Below, in pieces: positions 9,376 through 20,061 of a DNA stretch of 64,000 nt. A program made the translations under genes and the position numbers. Location of the stretch: assembly GCA_947474935.1 (NCBI GenBank), contig CANJKL010000003.1:13963-77962 (forward strand). Reading direction: 5' to 3'. The notes beneath the pieces are model-generated. The model was not told where the DNA came from, made no database searches, and saw only the letters and a program-made list of their open reading frames with translations. The stretch's first letter is position 1. Every line of letters starts with the position of its first letter. The DNA comes from Opitutia bacterium. GTDB lineage: Bacteria > Verrucomicrobiota > Verrucomicrobiia > Opitutales > Opitutaceae.

Positions 9376-10782
9376 ATGTTCTTGTCCGGTCTAAGGTCCA
9401 TGCGTGGCGGGCGTCGCTCGTTCCTCCTGTTGTGTTCGCTCGGCACGATCACGCTTGGCGGTGCCCAGCCGGCGGACGTGACCGGAATGATGCCGGAAGC
9501 CTATTTCCCGGGGCTGAAGTCGATCTTGAAAACCGCGTGGAGCCGGTCGCCCGAAAAGATCGAGAAAGAGCTCGAGATCGCCCAGCAGGAGGCGAGATCC
9601 TACATCTTGAACGCACAGCGGCTGCCGAATGCCACCGCGTGGGTCGATCTCGCCCGCAACCAGACGGCGATTTCCGGGGCCGGCCAGTCGCAATCGAGCG
9701 ATACGGGTTTGTTTTACCGGCTGGAGCTGACGCAGTCGATTTTCCGCTGGGGCGAGCTGCAAAACCGGAGTGCGCTCGCGCGATTGGGTGTGCTGATGGC
9801 GGAGAAGAGTTTTACCGAGGCGGCCCGCCTGCTGGCGGTCACGCTGCGCCAGTCCTATCTGCAGCTCATCGTGAAGAAGGCGGCGTTGAAGCAGGTTCGA
9901 CTGGCCCAACAATTCAGGACCGAGGAGCTGAAGGTTCTGCGGGATAAGCGAGACCGCGGGCTGGCTTCGACGGCGGAGGTGGCCGGGTGGGAACTCGGCT
10001 TGAACGAACAGGCGGCCCAGTTGGCCATCGCCGAGGAGGATTTTACGTCTGCCCGGCGACTCTTTGCGCGTCTGGCCGGGCTGCCGGAGTTACCGGAGGA
10101 GGAGGTGCCGGATACGATTCCCAAGCCGGCTTATTCCTCCGCCCTCACGCATTCGCTCCTGGCGGATCTACTCCGGGACGGGGGCAAATTTTCCTTCGAG
10201 GCGGAAGTGAATGCCCTGCGGGCCGAGGAGGCGGAGCTCAACTATCGCATCGCGCGCGTGCGGCTGCTGCCAAAATTCGACGCGCTGGCGAGCTACGGTT
10301 TGCAGAATCTGGCTACGGCGAACAACAACGGGGTGTCCCAGACGGGCGTCACGACCCAAACCGTCGGACTCCGGGTCACGTGGTCGATCTTTGACGGCCT
10401 CGCCACGCGGGGTGAAAAGCAGCAGGCGCTGGCGACCAAACGCCTCTACGAACGGCGATTCCAAACCGCGGCCGAGGTGGCGCTCGAGGAAGTGCAGGGC
10501 CTGGGGCGCAAACTGGACCTCGATGCGCGGATGTTGGAGTTTGGGGACACGCGCCTCAACCTGGCCGTACTTTCGGAACAGCGCATGAAGGACGAATCCC
10601 AACTCGGCAACGTGCCGCAAACCGCGATTGATGCGACGCGACTCCAGCGTTATCAGGCCGAAGTGAACAACGCGACGGCCCGGGCAAATTTCCTGGGCAC
10701 GTGGAGCGTTTTCGTGTCGCGCGCCGGACTCGATCCCCTCCTCAAAACCCTTCCCGCCCGTCATGCCCGAGAAAAACGGTAG
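9376..10782 (+). CDS. TolC-family outer membrane efflux protein
   Basis: Signal-peptide-like N-terminus, helical repeat pattern, RLLPKFD and VTWSIFDG motifs; first gene of an MFP-ABC operon. Start could be 9376 or 9400. Confidence 0.75.
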   Translation: MFLSGLRSMRGGRRSFLLLCSLGTITLGGAQPADVTGMMPEAYFPGLKSILKTAWSRSPEKIEKELEIAQQEARSYILNAQRLPNATAWVDLARNQTAISGAGQSQSSDTGLFYRLELTQSIFRWGELQNRSALARLGVLMAEKSFTEAARLLAVTLRQSYLQLIVKKAALKQVRLAQQFRTEELKVLRDKRDRGLASTAEVAGWELGLNEQAAQLAIAEEDFTSARRLFARLAGLPELPEEEVPDTIPKPAYSSALTHSLLADLLRDGGKFSFEAEVNALRAEEAELNYRIARVRLLPKFDALASYGLQNLATANNNGVSQTGVTTQTVGLRVTWSIFDGLATRGEKQQALATKRLYERRFQTAAEVALEEVQGLGRKLDLDARMLEFGDTRLNLAVLSEQRMKDESQLGNVPQTAIDATRLQRYQAEVNNATARANFLGTWSVFVSRAGLDPLLKTLPARHAREKR

Positions 10783-12028
10783 TCTCAGCCTCATCGTCAA
10801 AGTCGCCGTCGTGCTTGTGCTCGTGGGAGCGGGGCTGGCGCTGGCGTCCGTGGGATTCCGCACGCTGGCCCGGGTCGAGACCGTGACCCGGGGCAAGGCG
10901 GTGGCCGCGGTTTCCGGCAGCGTGGTCGTTTACGCGGACGGCAACATCAAGGAACTGAAAAGCGAGGCCCGTGGTACGGTCGTCTGGTGCGAAGCGCTGG
11001 ATCCGGGCAAGGGGTTCAAGGAGGGCGAGGTGCTCGTCCGCCTGGACCCCACGGAACTCGAGCGGCAGATCGAGCAATCGAAGCGCGATTTTGAAACGGC
11101 GCAGCGGAGAGTCGAAATTCGCTTCGCCAACAATCCCGAGTGGAAAACGGCGAAGGCGAAGCTGGCTGCGGCGCTGAGCCAAACCCCGGGCGGACCAGCC
11201 GCGGCGGCGGAAATCGGACGTTTGCAGACCGAACTCGATGCGGTTGCGGCGCTCGCCGATCCCCGGCGGATTGCCGCGAAGGAGGCGCTGGCCGAGGCGG
11301 AGCGGCTCCAGCAGAATTTTGGCACCGTATCGGTCGAGCAGGTGAAGCAGGCGCGACGGGTCCTTGAGGCGATCGAGACGGAGATCCGGCTCGCGCAGTT
11401 TGACGCCCGCAACCAGCAGGTCGCCCATGAGGTCGACTTGGCGAACAAGCGTCTCGAACTGGAGAAGATGACGATCAAGGCGCCCTTCGCCGGCGCGGTG
11501 AAGGACGCCTTCGTCTGGAAAGGCGCGCTGATCGGGAGTGGCTCCACCGTGGCGACGATCTATTCGAACGCCCGGATCGTGGTGGCCAAGATCGGCGAGG
11601 AGGATTTTGGGCGGGTGAGCCTCGGGCAGAGCGCCCGGGTCCGCCTGCTGGCCTATCCCAATCAGGAATTCGATGCGAAGGTGATCAAGATCCTGCCGAC
11701 GGCCGATGAGAGCACCCAGCGTTACACCGTCTATCTCGAAGTGAAGATCGAGGAGCAAAAGCTCATCCCCTACAGCACCGGGGAGGTCACGATCACCGTC
11801 GATGCGCACGACAATGTGCCGCTCATCCCGCGGCGAGCGGTTTTCAACGGTAGTTTTGTCTACGTGGTGAAGGACGGTCGGGTCGAGAAGCGCGAAATTG
11901 GGTTGGGCTTGCGGGCGCTGAACATCGTCGAAGTCACCAAGAACCTGACGCCGGGCGAGCAGGTGATCGTCGAGAACCTCGAGCAGTATCGGAACGGGCA
12001 AAGCGTTCGTCCCGCGGCTGTCGAGTAG
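10763..12028 (+). CDS. Periplasmic membrane-fusion (adaptor) protein
   Basis: N-terminal TM, FKEGEVLVRLD, long coiled coil, TIKAPFAGAV, REIGLG and LTPGEQVIV. Confidence 0.85.
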   Translation: MPEKNGSLSLIVKVAVVLVLVGAGLALASVGFRTLARVETVTRGKAVAAVSGSVVVYADGNIKELKSEARGTVVWCEALDPGKGFKEGEVLVRLDPTELERQIEQSKRDFETAQRRVEIRFANNPEWKTAKAKLAAALSQTPGGPAAAAEIGRLQTELDAVAALADPRRIAAKEALAEAERLQQNFGTVSVEQVKQARRVLEAIETEIRLAQFDARNQQVAHEVDLANKRLELEKMTIKAPFAGAVKDAFVWKGALIGSGSTVATIYSNARIVVAKIGEEDFGRVSLGQSARVRLLAYPNQEFDAKVIKILPTADESTQRYTVYLEVKIEEQKLIPYSTGEVTITVDAHDNVPLIPRRAVFNGSFVYVVKDGRVEKREIGLGLRALNIVEVTKNLTPGEQVIVENLEQYRNGQSVRPAAVE

Positions 12029-12055
12029 CCGGATCCGCTCCACGCCTTACGCCTC

Positions 12056-13300
12056 GTGATGTCGCCCAACCTTCGCATCGCGTTCCGCTTCCTCACCGCG
12101 AAGAAGCGGGCCATGTTGATGAGCCTGTCGTGCACGATTTTGGGCGTGGGGCTCTTCATTGTCACGCAAGGCACGACGAGCGGCTTCGAAAAGTTTTTCA
12201 TCCGAACCCTGCTCGGCACGGACGGCGCGATCCGTATTGAGGATCGCATCCAGGACACGATGCGGAGCCGGAGCGCGGGTGGGGGGAGCGATTTTCAGAT
12301 TCGCCAGAAGGATGGCGTCAAATACATCGAGGGCGTCGAGGAACCGAAGCTCATCATGGACGCCGTGCGCGCCTTCCGGAACGTGCGCGGGGTTTCCGCG
12401 GTACTGCGCAGCAACGTGGTCGTCACGAGCGCCTTCAAGAGCAAGGATGTGCAGGTTTTCGGCATCAACGTCGACGATCACGTGCAGGTTTCCAACCTTG
12501 CCCGCCAGATCACGGTGGGGAGCCTCGAAAAGTTTCACGAATCGGCGTCCGGTGCGCTGGTGGGGCGCGTGATCGCGGATGAACTGCAGTTGGCGGTGAA
12601 CGACTGGTTTGTGCTCAACGCCCGCGGCGAGACGCGCCGCTACCGGGTGGCCGCGATCTACGAGACCGGCGTGCGCGACATCGACAAGAGCCGGATCTTT
12701 ATCGACCTCAACGAGGCGCGGTCGCTCATGAAGAAACCCACGGGGGTCACGTTCATCCAGATCAACCTGATCGATCCGGAGCGGGCGGTGGCGGATGCGG
12801 CGCACATGGCCGAGGTCCTGCAGCACAGCGCGACACCCTGGCAGACCCGCGAGAAACCGTGGCTCGAGGCCTTCCGGGCGCTGCGGATTTCGTCGGCGAT
12901 CACCGTTTCGGTGTTCACGCTCATCGCGAGTCTGGCGATGTTCAATACGCTCGCGATGATCGTGCTCGAGAAGACCAAGGATATCGCGATCCTGCGGTCG
13001 ATGGGCTACGAGCGGAAGGACATCACCCGGATCTTCCTGTGGCAGGCGGCCATCGTCCTCGCGATCGGCGCGGTCGTTGGCGCGCTGTTTGGCGCGGTGG
13101 TGACCTACGCGGTGTCCCGTCTGCCGCTGTCCCTCACAGGCATCTTCAAGACGGCGACGTTTCAGGTTTCATCCGAGCCGGCGCATTATGGGCAGGCGAT
13201 CCTGACCGCATTGGTGATGGTGATGATCGCGAGCGTGATCCCGGCCCGGCGGGCCGCACGGCTCGAGCCGGGTGACATTGTGCGGGGGACGGCGCAGTAG
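12056..13300 (+). CDS. FtsX/MacB/LolCE-type ABC permease
   Basis: IAFRFL start, large periplasmic domain, EKTKDIAILRSMG, PARRAARLEP. Confidence 0.85.
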   Translation: MMSPNLRIAFRFLTAKKRAMLMSLSCTILGVGLFIVTQGTTSGFEKFFIRTLLGTDGAIRIEDRIQDTMRSRSAGGGSDFQIRQKDGVKYIEGVEEPKLIMDAVRAFRNVRGVSAVLRSNVVVTSAFKSKDVQVFGINVDDHVQVSNLARQITVGSLEKFHESASGALVGRVIADELQLAVNDWFVLNARGETRRYRVAAIYETGVRDIDKSRIFIDLNEARSLMKKPTGVTFIQINLIDPERAVADAAHMAEVLQHSATPWQTREKPWLEAFRALRISSAITVSVFTLIASLAMFNTLAMIVLEKTKDIAILRSMGYERKDITRIFLWQAAIVLAIGAVVGALFGAVVTYAVSRLPLSLTGIFKTATFQVSSEPAHYGQAILTALVMVMIASVIPARRAARLEPGDIVRGTAQ

Positions 13301-13341
13301 CGCGGCCGATGCAAGCGAGTCGCGAACAGAAACATTGATCG

Positions 13342-14067
13342 ATGCCTCCTCCCTCCTCCCTTCTCCCTGCGCCCGCCTCCGTTTCCGCTTCCGGCATCGT
13401 CCTGCGCTGCCAGAATCTGCACCGGCACCTCGGAGAGGGCGAAGGCCGTGTCCATGTGCTGAAGGGCGTGTCGTTTGAGGCCCGGCGCGGACAGATCTAC
13501 GCGATCGTGGGTCCATCGGGCTGCGGTAAAAGCACTCTGCTGTATCTGCTCGGGCTGCTCGATCAACCGGACGAGGGGCGGATCGAGATCGATGGCCGGC
13601 CGATGTCGAACAGCGACGATCTGGCCCGGACGACAGCCCGGTGCGAGCACATCGGTTTCGTCTTCCAGTTTCATTTCCTGATGCTGGAGTTCACGGCGCT
13701 CGACAACGTGATGATGCCGATGCGCAAGCTGGGCCGGCTGGCGCCGGAGGCCATGCGCGCCCGGGCCCACGCCCTGCTCGATTCCGTGGGGCTCGGGGCC
13801 AAAACCCACCGGCTCGGCACCCAGCTTTCCGGAGGCGAACAGCAGCGCGTGGCGATCGCCCGGGCCCTGGCGAACGAGCCTTCGATCATCCTGGCGGATG
13901 AGCCGACGGGGAACCTCGACGTCAAGAATTCGGGCCTCGTGTTCGATCTGCTTACCCGGTTGGCGAAGGAAAACGGCCAAGCGGTGGTTCTGGTGACGCA
14001 CAATCCGGAGATTGCCCAGCGGTGCGACTTCACCCGGCCGATGCGCGATGGGGTGTTTGTCTCGTAA
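13342..14067 (+). CDS. ABC ATP-binding protein (LolD/MacB-like)
   Basis: Walker A GPSGCGKS, signature LSGGEQQRVAIARAL, Walker B ILADEPTGNLD, H-loop LVTH. Confidence 0.92.
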   Translation: MPPPSSLLPAPASVSASGIVLRCQNLHRHLGEGEGRVHVLKGVSFEARRGQIYAIVGPSGCGKSTLLYLLGLLDQPDEGRIEIDGRPMSNSDDLARTTARCEHIGFVFQFHFLMLEFTALDNVMMPMRKLGRLAPEAMRARAHALLDSVGLGAKTHRLGTQLSGGEQQRVAIARALANEPSIILADEPTGNLDVKNSGLVFDLLTRLAKENGQAVVLVTHNPEIAQRCDFTRPMRDGVFVS

Positions 14068-14136
14068 AAGGCGGCGAGATGGCCCGGTGCGGGTTGGTGC
14101 AAATAAGGACCAACGAATCGTTCCCGTGGGTGAGCT

Positions 14137-14158
14137 AATTTCCCTCTGCCGGGAAATT
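14137..14158. promoter_or_regulatory. Perfect 22-bp palindrome upstream of the ACIII operon (candidate operator)
   Basis: AATTTCCC-TCTGCC-GGGAAATT. Confidence 0.4.
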
Positions 14159-14236
14159 CCCGAGGAAAATTTGGTTTACAAGCGAAACGCCGCTGCCTTC
14201 TTTCCAAGGCGATTTTCCTTCACTTCACCTGTGCCT

Positions 14237-14431
14237 GTGACCCAACACCCATCACGAAAGCAATTTTTCGCCAGACTGTTTGGATTCGGCGTGGCTTTCA
14301 GTGTGTTTCCACGGTTGTTTGCCAAGTCGTCCGCGACGGCGATGACTTCGGGCGACTCCCGGGAGTCGTCCCGGGTGCTTGAAGTGCGGCCGGAGGCCCG
14401 GGCAGTTGCCCGTCGTCCCGACTCGGCCTAA
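14237..14431 (+). CDS. Small protein with a Tat-like N-terminus upstream of actA
   Basis: From GTG 14237 (or 14231): TQHPSRKQFFARLFGFGVAFSVFPRLFAKSS...EVRPEARAVARRPDSA; stop 23 bp before the actA start. Confidence 0.55.
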   Translation: MTQHPSRKQFFARLFGFGVAFSVFPRLFAKSSATAMTSGDSRESSRVLEVRPEARAVARRPDSA

Positions 14432-14454
14432 CCCGCGCCCGGCCCCCTCCGCCC

Positions 14455-15108
14455 ATGTCGAAGCTTTTTCCTAAGTCGGCGAACAAGCTCCCGCTCCAGA
14501 TCGTAATCTACCTTGCGGTGCTCGGTAGCATCGCGACCGCGGGGGTTACGTACTACATGACGCCGAAATACACCCGCGTCGGGTATGCGCCCGTGCAGCC
14601 GGTGCCTTTCAGTCACGCCCAGCACGTCAAGGAGATCGGCCTCGATTGCCGTTATTGCCACTCGAACGTCGACAAATCCGGCCATTCCAATGTGCCGACC
14701 TCGCAGACGTGCATGAATTGCCACTCGATCATCAAGGCTAATTCGGCGCTGCTTGCCCCCGTGCGGGAAAGCTTTGCGAAGGGCACCCCGGTGCCGTGGG
14801 TTTGGATTCACGCGACGCCCGATTACGCCTTCTTCAACCACGCCGTCCACGTGAACCGCGGCGTTTCCTGTGTGGAATGCCACGGCAAGGTGAACGAGAT
14901 GGACACCGTGACCCACATGCAGCCGCTCAGTATGGGCTTCTGCCTTGAGTGCCATCGTGATCCGGCCTCCCGGCTGCGTGATCCGAAAGACGTGTTTAAC
15001 CTCGATTCCAAGCGGCTCGTCGATCAGGGCCGCCAGGCGGACGCGGCGAAGTTCGTCCACGATTGGAAAGTGATGCCTCCCCAGAGTTGCTCCGGCTGCC
15101 ATCGATGA
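14455..15108 (+). CDS. actA: Alternative complex III pentaheme cytochrome c subunit
   Basis: N-terminal TM; five CxxCH (CRYCH, CMNCH, CVECH, CLECH, CSGCH); QPVPFSHAQH; first gene of an act-type cluster. Confidence 0.9.
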   Translation: MSKLFPKSANKLPLQIVIYLAVLGSIATAGVTYYMTPKYTRVGYAPVQPVPFSHAQHVKEIGLDCRYCHSNVDKSGHSNVPTSQTCMNCHSIIKANSALLAPVRESFAKGTPVPWVWIHATPDYAFFNHAVHVNRGVSCVECHGKVNEMDTVTHMQPLSMGFCLECHRDPASRLRDPKDVFNLDSKRLVDQGRQADAAKFVHDWKVMPPQSCSGCHR

Positions 15109-18100
15109 AACGCAAACTTGAACATCCCGCTCCGTCGGAACGCGAGCTGTCCGGTCCCAAATACTGGCGCAGCCTCGATGAGCTTGCGGCTACGCCCGGA
15201 TTCAAGGCGCAGCTGGAACGTGAGTTCCCGGAAGGCGCGGACGAGCTGACCGGTTTTGACCGCCGCCACTTCATGAAGCTGATGGCGGCTTCGTTTGCCC
15301 TCGGTGGCGTGGGTCTGGCCGGCTGTCGCCGTCCGGAAAAGAACATTCTGCCCTACGGCAAATCGGTGGAAGGCGTGATCCCGGGCCTGCCGCAATATTA
15401 CGCCACGGCGATGCCGTTGCGGAAGAGCGCGATCCCGTTGCTGGCGGAAACGCATCAGGGCCGCCCCACCAAGCTCGAAGGGAACCCGACCTATGCGCCG
15501 CACGGTGGCGCGGCCTCGCTGATGGCGCAGGCGTCCATCCTCGATCTATACGATCCGGATCGCGCCACGGCTCACACCAAGGGCGGCGCGGTTTTGAAGG
15601 CGGAAGCCGTCAATCAGCTGCTGGCCGGCATCAGCCAGAATTTTGGCGGCAATCAGGGATCCGGGCTGGCATTTCTAGCCGAGGAATCCGCCTCGCCGAC
15701 GCGGGCGCGCGTAGTCGCGGCCCTGCGCCGCAAGTTCCCCCGGGCAGTCTGGGCGGAATATGAGCCGGTGATCGACGAGGCTCCGGCCGCCGCGGCTCAG
15801 GCCGTGTTTGGGGCGAATGTAAAGCCGCTCTACCATTTTGATAAGGCCCGCCGGATCGTTTCGATCGACGCGGATTTCCTGCAATCCGAGTCGGGCAGCC
15901 TTTATCACGCGCGGGCCTTTTCGAAGGGCCGCCGCGTGGCGAAGAAGGACGACCCGATGAACCGCCTCTACGTGGCGGAAAGCGGTCTGACGATTACCGG
16001 CAGCATGGCCGATCACCGCTTGCGGCTCGCGAGCAGCCACATGCTGGCCTTCGCCGCCGCCCTCGCGGTTGAGACGGTCGACGGTGCCCGTGAGATGCTT
16101 CAGTCTTTCGCACAGGGACTCGATGCCAGCCCGAAGTGGATCGAGGAATGTGCCACGGATCTGAAGGCCCACCGCGGGGAGTGCCTGGTGGTGGCCGGGG
16201 CGCATCTCCCGGTGCAGGTTCACGCGATCGTTTATTCGATCAACGCGCTCTTGGGAAATATCGGCCGGACGGTCGATTTTGTTGCCGTTGATCCCTCCGG
16301 CGCCGCGTCAATTTCGGATCTCGCCGCGGTCATCAAAGGCGGCTCCGTCAAGACGCTTGTAATCTTGGGCGGCAACCCCGCCTACAACGCCCCGGCCGAT
16401 CTCGACTGGCCGGCTTTGCAAGGCTCGGTCGGTGAAGTCGTGCGTTTTGGCTATTATGCCGACGAGACGTCCGCGCTGGGTGGGACCCACCTCGCCGCGG
16501 CGCATTATCTCGAATCATGGGGCGATGCCCGGACCGTCGATGGAACGATTGTTCCGGTGCAGCCGATGATCCTGCCGCTGTTTGGCGGACTGACGGAAAT
16601 CGAAGTGCTGGCGCGTCTGGCTGGGGAAGAAAAAACCGACCCCTACGAACTCGTGCGCACCACGATCAGCGGGTTGGCCGGCGGTGACGCCGACCGGGCG
16701 ATGAACCGGTTCCTGCACGACGGCGTGCTGGCGAAGTCCGCCTATTCCCCGGTACAGGTGGCGTTCAACCGCCAGTCGATGAGCACCCTGTTTCGGCAGC
16801 CCGCGACGGCGACGGCGGTGGCGCTCAGTGCCAAGAATCTCGAAGTTCGTTTCGTCGCCGATCACAAGATGGACGACGGCCGTTTCGCCAACAACGGCTG
16901 GCTGCAGGAATGTCCCGACCCCATCACGAAGATCTCGTGGGATAACGCGATTCTGGTCAGCCCGAAGCTGGGACGTGAACTTGGCATCGATCCCAAGGGC
17001 GCCCTCATCCAGGTGGCGCGGAAAGAGGAAGCGGAATTCTCGATGGGCAAGGAAAACGCGTTCGTCTTTGAGCTTTCGATCGGTGGGCGCAAGATCCGCG
17101 GTCCGGTGCATATCCAGCCCGGTCTGTCGAATTACACGGTGATCGTGCCGCTCGGTTACGGCCGCACGCAAGTCGGTCACGTGGGTAAAGGAGCCGGCTT
17201 CAGCGCCTATCCGCTTCGCACCGCGGCCGCGATGCACGTGGCGACCGGTGCGACGCTGACGAAGACCGCAGCCCGCATGTTCCTGGCGAACACGCAGGAG
17301 CACTGGTCGATGGAAGGCCGTGAGATCATCCGCGAGGCGAATTTCGAAAAATCCGGGAAGAGCAACGGTAACAGTTACCAGGAAAATCCCGCCTTCGTGA
17401 ATACGTTCGGGATGGAGTCGCATTCGCCGACGATCCTGGGCGAATACGGCGAGAAAATGTCGCCCCAGCAGCGGGCCACGCTCGTCCCGCGCGGCAATTC
17501 GCTCTACGAGACCCCCACCTTTGACGGGCTTCACCAGTGGGGCATGTCGATCGATCTCAACACCTGCATTGGCTGCAATGCGTGCGTGGTCGCCTGTCAG
17601 GCGGAAAACAACGTTCCGATTGTCGGCAAGGACCAGGTGCTGCGCGGCCGTGAGATGCACTGGCTGCGCATCGACCGTTACTATTCCACCGGCACCGCCG
17701 ATGGCGGTGCATTTGGCGGGGAAGGCAACCGCGAGTTGCCCGAGGATCCGCAGGTTTCGCTGCAGCCGATGGCCTGTGTCCACTGTGAACTTGCGCCGTG
17801 TGAAACGGTGTGCCCGGTCAACGCGACCGTGCACGATGAGGAAGGCCTGAACGTCATGGCCTACAACCGTTGCATCGGCACCCGCTATTGCGCGAACAAT
17901 TGTCCCTACAAGGTCCGCCGCTTCAATTTCTTCGACTGGAATCAGCGTTCGCTTGATCAGCTTTACATGGGCCAGCTGGCGTCCTTCGGCATGCCGGAGC
18001 TCGTCAAGATGGTGAAGAATCCCGAGGTCTCCGTGCGCATGCGCGGGGTGATGGAAAAGTGCACCTATTGCGTGCAACGGATCCAGAACGGGAAGATCCA

Positions 18101-18485
18101 GCACAAGGTGAAGATGGCGCAGGCCGGAACGCCTGGTGACGTCATCGTCCCGGATGGCGCGATCCGGACCGCCTGCGAGCAGACCTGTCCCGTCGGTGCG
18201 ATCACCTTTGGTAACATTCTCGACAAGGAAAGTGCCGTGATGAAGGCCAAGGATCGGGCACAAGACTACGCGGTGCTGGGGTATCTCAACACCCGTCCGC
18301 GCACGACTTATTCCGGCAAGCTGCGTAACCCGAATCCGGCGATGCCCGATTACGAGTCGCTGCCGCTGAGCCGCATCGAATACAACAAGAAGAACGTTCC
18401 CGCCGGTCACGGTGCGGCCGCCGGACACGGCGCGGCCGGACCTGGCGCTCCGGCGCATGGTGCGGAAAAGAAGGGTGGGCACTAA
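15105..18485 (+). CDS. actB: ACIII subunit B: Tat lipoprotein, molybdopterin-oxidoreductase-like domain fused to an Fe-S domain
   Basis: YWRSLDEL, Tat motif DRRHFMK, lipobox [14 protein letters not shown]; Fe-S motifs [42 protein letters not shown]...CEQTCP. Start at ATG 15105 (ATGA overlap with actA). Confidence 0.93.
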   Translation: MKRKLEHPAPSERELSGPKYWRSLDELAATPGFKAQLEREFPEGADELTGFDRRHFMKLMAASFALGGVGLAGCRRPEKNILPYGKSVEGVIPGLPQYYATAMPLRKSAIPLLAETHQGRPTKLEGNPTYAPHGGAASLMAQASILDLYDPDRATAHTKGGAVLKAEAVNQLLAGISQNFGGNQGSGLAFLAEESASPTRARVVAALRRKFPRAVWAEYEPVIDEAPAAAAQAVFGANVKPLYHFDKARRIVSIDADFLQSESGSLYHARAFSKGRRVAKKDDPMNRLYVAESGLTITGSMADHRLRLASSHMLAFAAALAVETVDGAREMLQSFAQGLDASPKWIEECATDLKAHRGECLVVAGAHLPVQVHAIVYSINALLGNIGRTVDFVAVDPSGAASISDLAAVIKGGSVKTLVILGGNPAYNAPADLDWPALQGSVGEVVRFGYYADETSALGGTHLAAAHYLESWGDARTVDGTIVPVQPMILPLFGGLTEIEVLARLAGEEKTDPYELVRTTISGLAGGDADRAMNRFLHDGVLAKSAYSPVQVAFNRQSMSTLFRQPATATAVALSAKNLEVRFVADHKMDDGRFANNGWLQECPDPITKISWDNAILVSPKLGRELGIDPKGALIQVARKEEAEFSMGKENAFVFELSIGGRKIRGPVHIQPGLSNYTVIVPLGYGRTQVGHVGKGAGFSAYPLRTAAAMHVATGATLTKTAARMFLANTQEHWSMEGREIIREANFEKSGKSNGNSYQENPAFVNTFGMESHSPTILGEYGEKMSPQQRATLVPRGNSLYETPTFDGLHQWGMSIDLNTCIGCNACVVACQAENNVPIVGKDQVLRGREMHWLRIDRYYSTGTADGGAFGGEGNRELPEDPQVSLQPMACVHCELAPCETVCPVNATVHDEEGLNVMAYNRCIGTRYCANNCPYKVRRFNFFDWNQRSLDQLYMGQLASFGMPELVKMVKNPEVSVRMRGVMEKCTYCVQRIQNGKIQHKVKMAQAGTPGDVIVPDGAIRTACEQTCPVGAITFGNILDKESAVMKAKDRAQDYAVLGYLNTRPRTTYSGKLRNPNPAMPDYESLPLSRIEYNKKNVPAGHGAAAGHGAAGPGAPAHGAEKKGGH

Positions 18486-18609
18486 GCATGAATTCCCGCG
18501 CAATGCTTCCTGACGGTTGCGGCCTTGGGGCCGAATCGCTTCACTTTACCGGGCCGATAGGCCAAAACGCGCGCCCGGCTTTTCCCCCTGTTTCCGGAGG
18601 ACTTAGCTG

Positions 18610-20055
18610 ATGGCCCACACTTCTGAAAATGCAATGGCGGCTCCGGCGATCTTGAACGAGGTCAACCCGGCGGTTTTACCGCGGGCGGTGCTGGTCCATA
18701 ATAACCGCAGTTTCTCGTGGATCACCGAAAAAATCTGCGGGATCATCGAAGGCAAGACCCCGGCTTGGTGGTGGGTATGCTTCGTTCTGGCGTGTTTCAT
18801 CGCTTCTTTCACGGTTGGGGGCATCACCTACCTGGTGACCACGGGCGTCGGCGTGTGGGGCCATGCCAATCCGGTCAACTGGGCGTGGGACATCGTCAAC
18901 TTCGTTTTCTGGATCGGTATCGGCCATGCCGGCACGTTGATTTCCGCCATCCTGTGTCTGCTGCGCCAGAAATGGCGCACCTCGATCAACCGTGCCGCCG
19001 AGGCCATGACCATCTTCGCGGTGGTCTGCGCCGCGATCTTTCCGGTCTTTCACGTCGGTCGTATTTGGTATGCGTGGTATCTGTTCCCCATTCCAAACTC
19101 GAATGTCATCTGGCAGAACTTCCGTTCCCCGCTCGAGTGGGACGTGTTTGCCGTTTCGACCTACGGCACGGTTTCAGTATTGTTCTGGTATATCGGGCTG
19201 ATTCCCGACTTGGCGGTGTTGCGTGATCGCTTCTTCGCGGCCGGTAACAAATTTCGCTCCTTCCTCTACGGATTGTTCGCGATGGGTTGGCGCGGATCGA
19301 ACCGCCACTGGAGTAATTACGAGATGGCCTACCTGATCCTGGCCGGCGTCTCGACGCCGCTGGTGCTCTCGGTGCACACGATCGTTTCGTTCGACTTCGC
19401 CGTCTCCCTGCTCCCCGGCTGGCATACGACGATCTTCCCGCCTTACTTCGTCGCCGGCGCCATTTTCTCCGGTTTCGGCATGGTGCTCACGCTCATGTTG
19501 CCGCTGCGCGCGATCTACCGCCTCGAGGACCTGATCACGCAGTACCACATCGACTGCATGTGCAAGGTGACCTTGGCGACCGGCACGATCGTGGGCTACG
19601 CCTACGGTATCGAGTTCTTCATCGCGTGGTATGGCGCGAATCCCTACGAGGGTTTTGCGTTCATCAATCGCGCCTTCGGCCATTACGCGTGGGCTTACTG
19701 GATCATGATTTCGTGCAACGTGATCACGCCACAGTTCTTCTGGTTCAAGGCCGTGCGGGAAAACACCACGCTGGTTTGGGTGCTCTCCATTTTCGTGAAT
19801 GTCGGCATGTGGTTCGAGCGCTTTGTGATCATCGTCACGTCGCTGGCCCGCGATTTCCTGCCTTCGAGCTGGGGTTATTATTCCCCGAGTGTGGTCGAGA
19901 TCTTCACCTTCTTCGGCACCTTCGGCGTCTTTTCGGTGCTCTTCCTTCTGTTTATCCGTTTCCTCCCCATCATGCCGATGGCCGAACTCAAAGCGGTGAC
20001 TCCACAGGCGGACGTCCACGGTGGCCAAGACGCGAGCGTGGCGCACAAACACTGA
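18610..20055 (+). CDS. actC: ACIII quinol-binding membrane subunit C (NrfD/PsrC family)
   Basis: [68 protein letters not shown]. Confidence 0.93.
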   Translation: MAHTSENAMAAPAILNEVNPAVLPRAVLVHNNRSFSWITEKICGIIEGKTPAWWWVCFVLACFIASFTVGGITYLVTTGVGVWGHANPVNWAWDIVNFVFWIGIGHAGTLISAILCLLRQKWRTSINRAAEAMTIFAVVCAAIFPVFHVGRIWYAWYLFPIPNSNVIWQNFRSPLEWDVFAVSTYGTVSVLFWYIGLIPDLAVLRDRFFAAGNKFRSFLYGLFAMGWRGSNRHWSNYEMAYLILAGVSTPLVLSVHTIVSFDFAVSLLPGWHTTIFPPYFVAGAIFSGFGMVLTLMLPLRAIYRLEDLITQYHIDCMCKVTLATGTIVGYAYGIEFFIAWYGANPYEGFAFINRAFGHYAWAYWIMISCNVITPQFFWFKAVRENTTLVWVLSIFVNVGMWFERFVIIVTSLARDFLPSSWGYYSPSVVEIFTFFGTFGVFSVLFLLFIRFLPIMPMAELKAVTPQADVHGGQDASVAHKH

Positions 20056-20061
20056 TCGACC

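Noticed and set aside
15105-18485. Active molybdoenzyme (formate or polysulfide reductase type)
   Set aside because: The fused architecture and act gene order identify ActB, whose molybdopterin-like domain is known to be cofactor-free.
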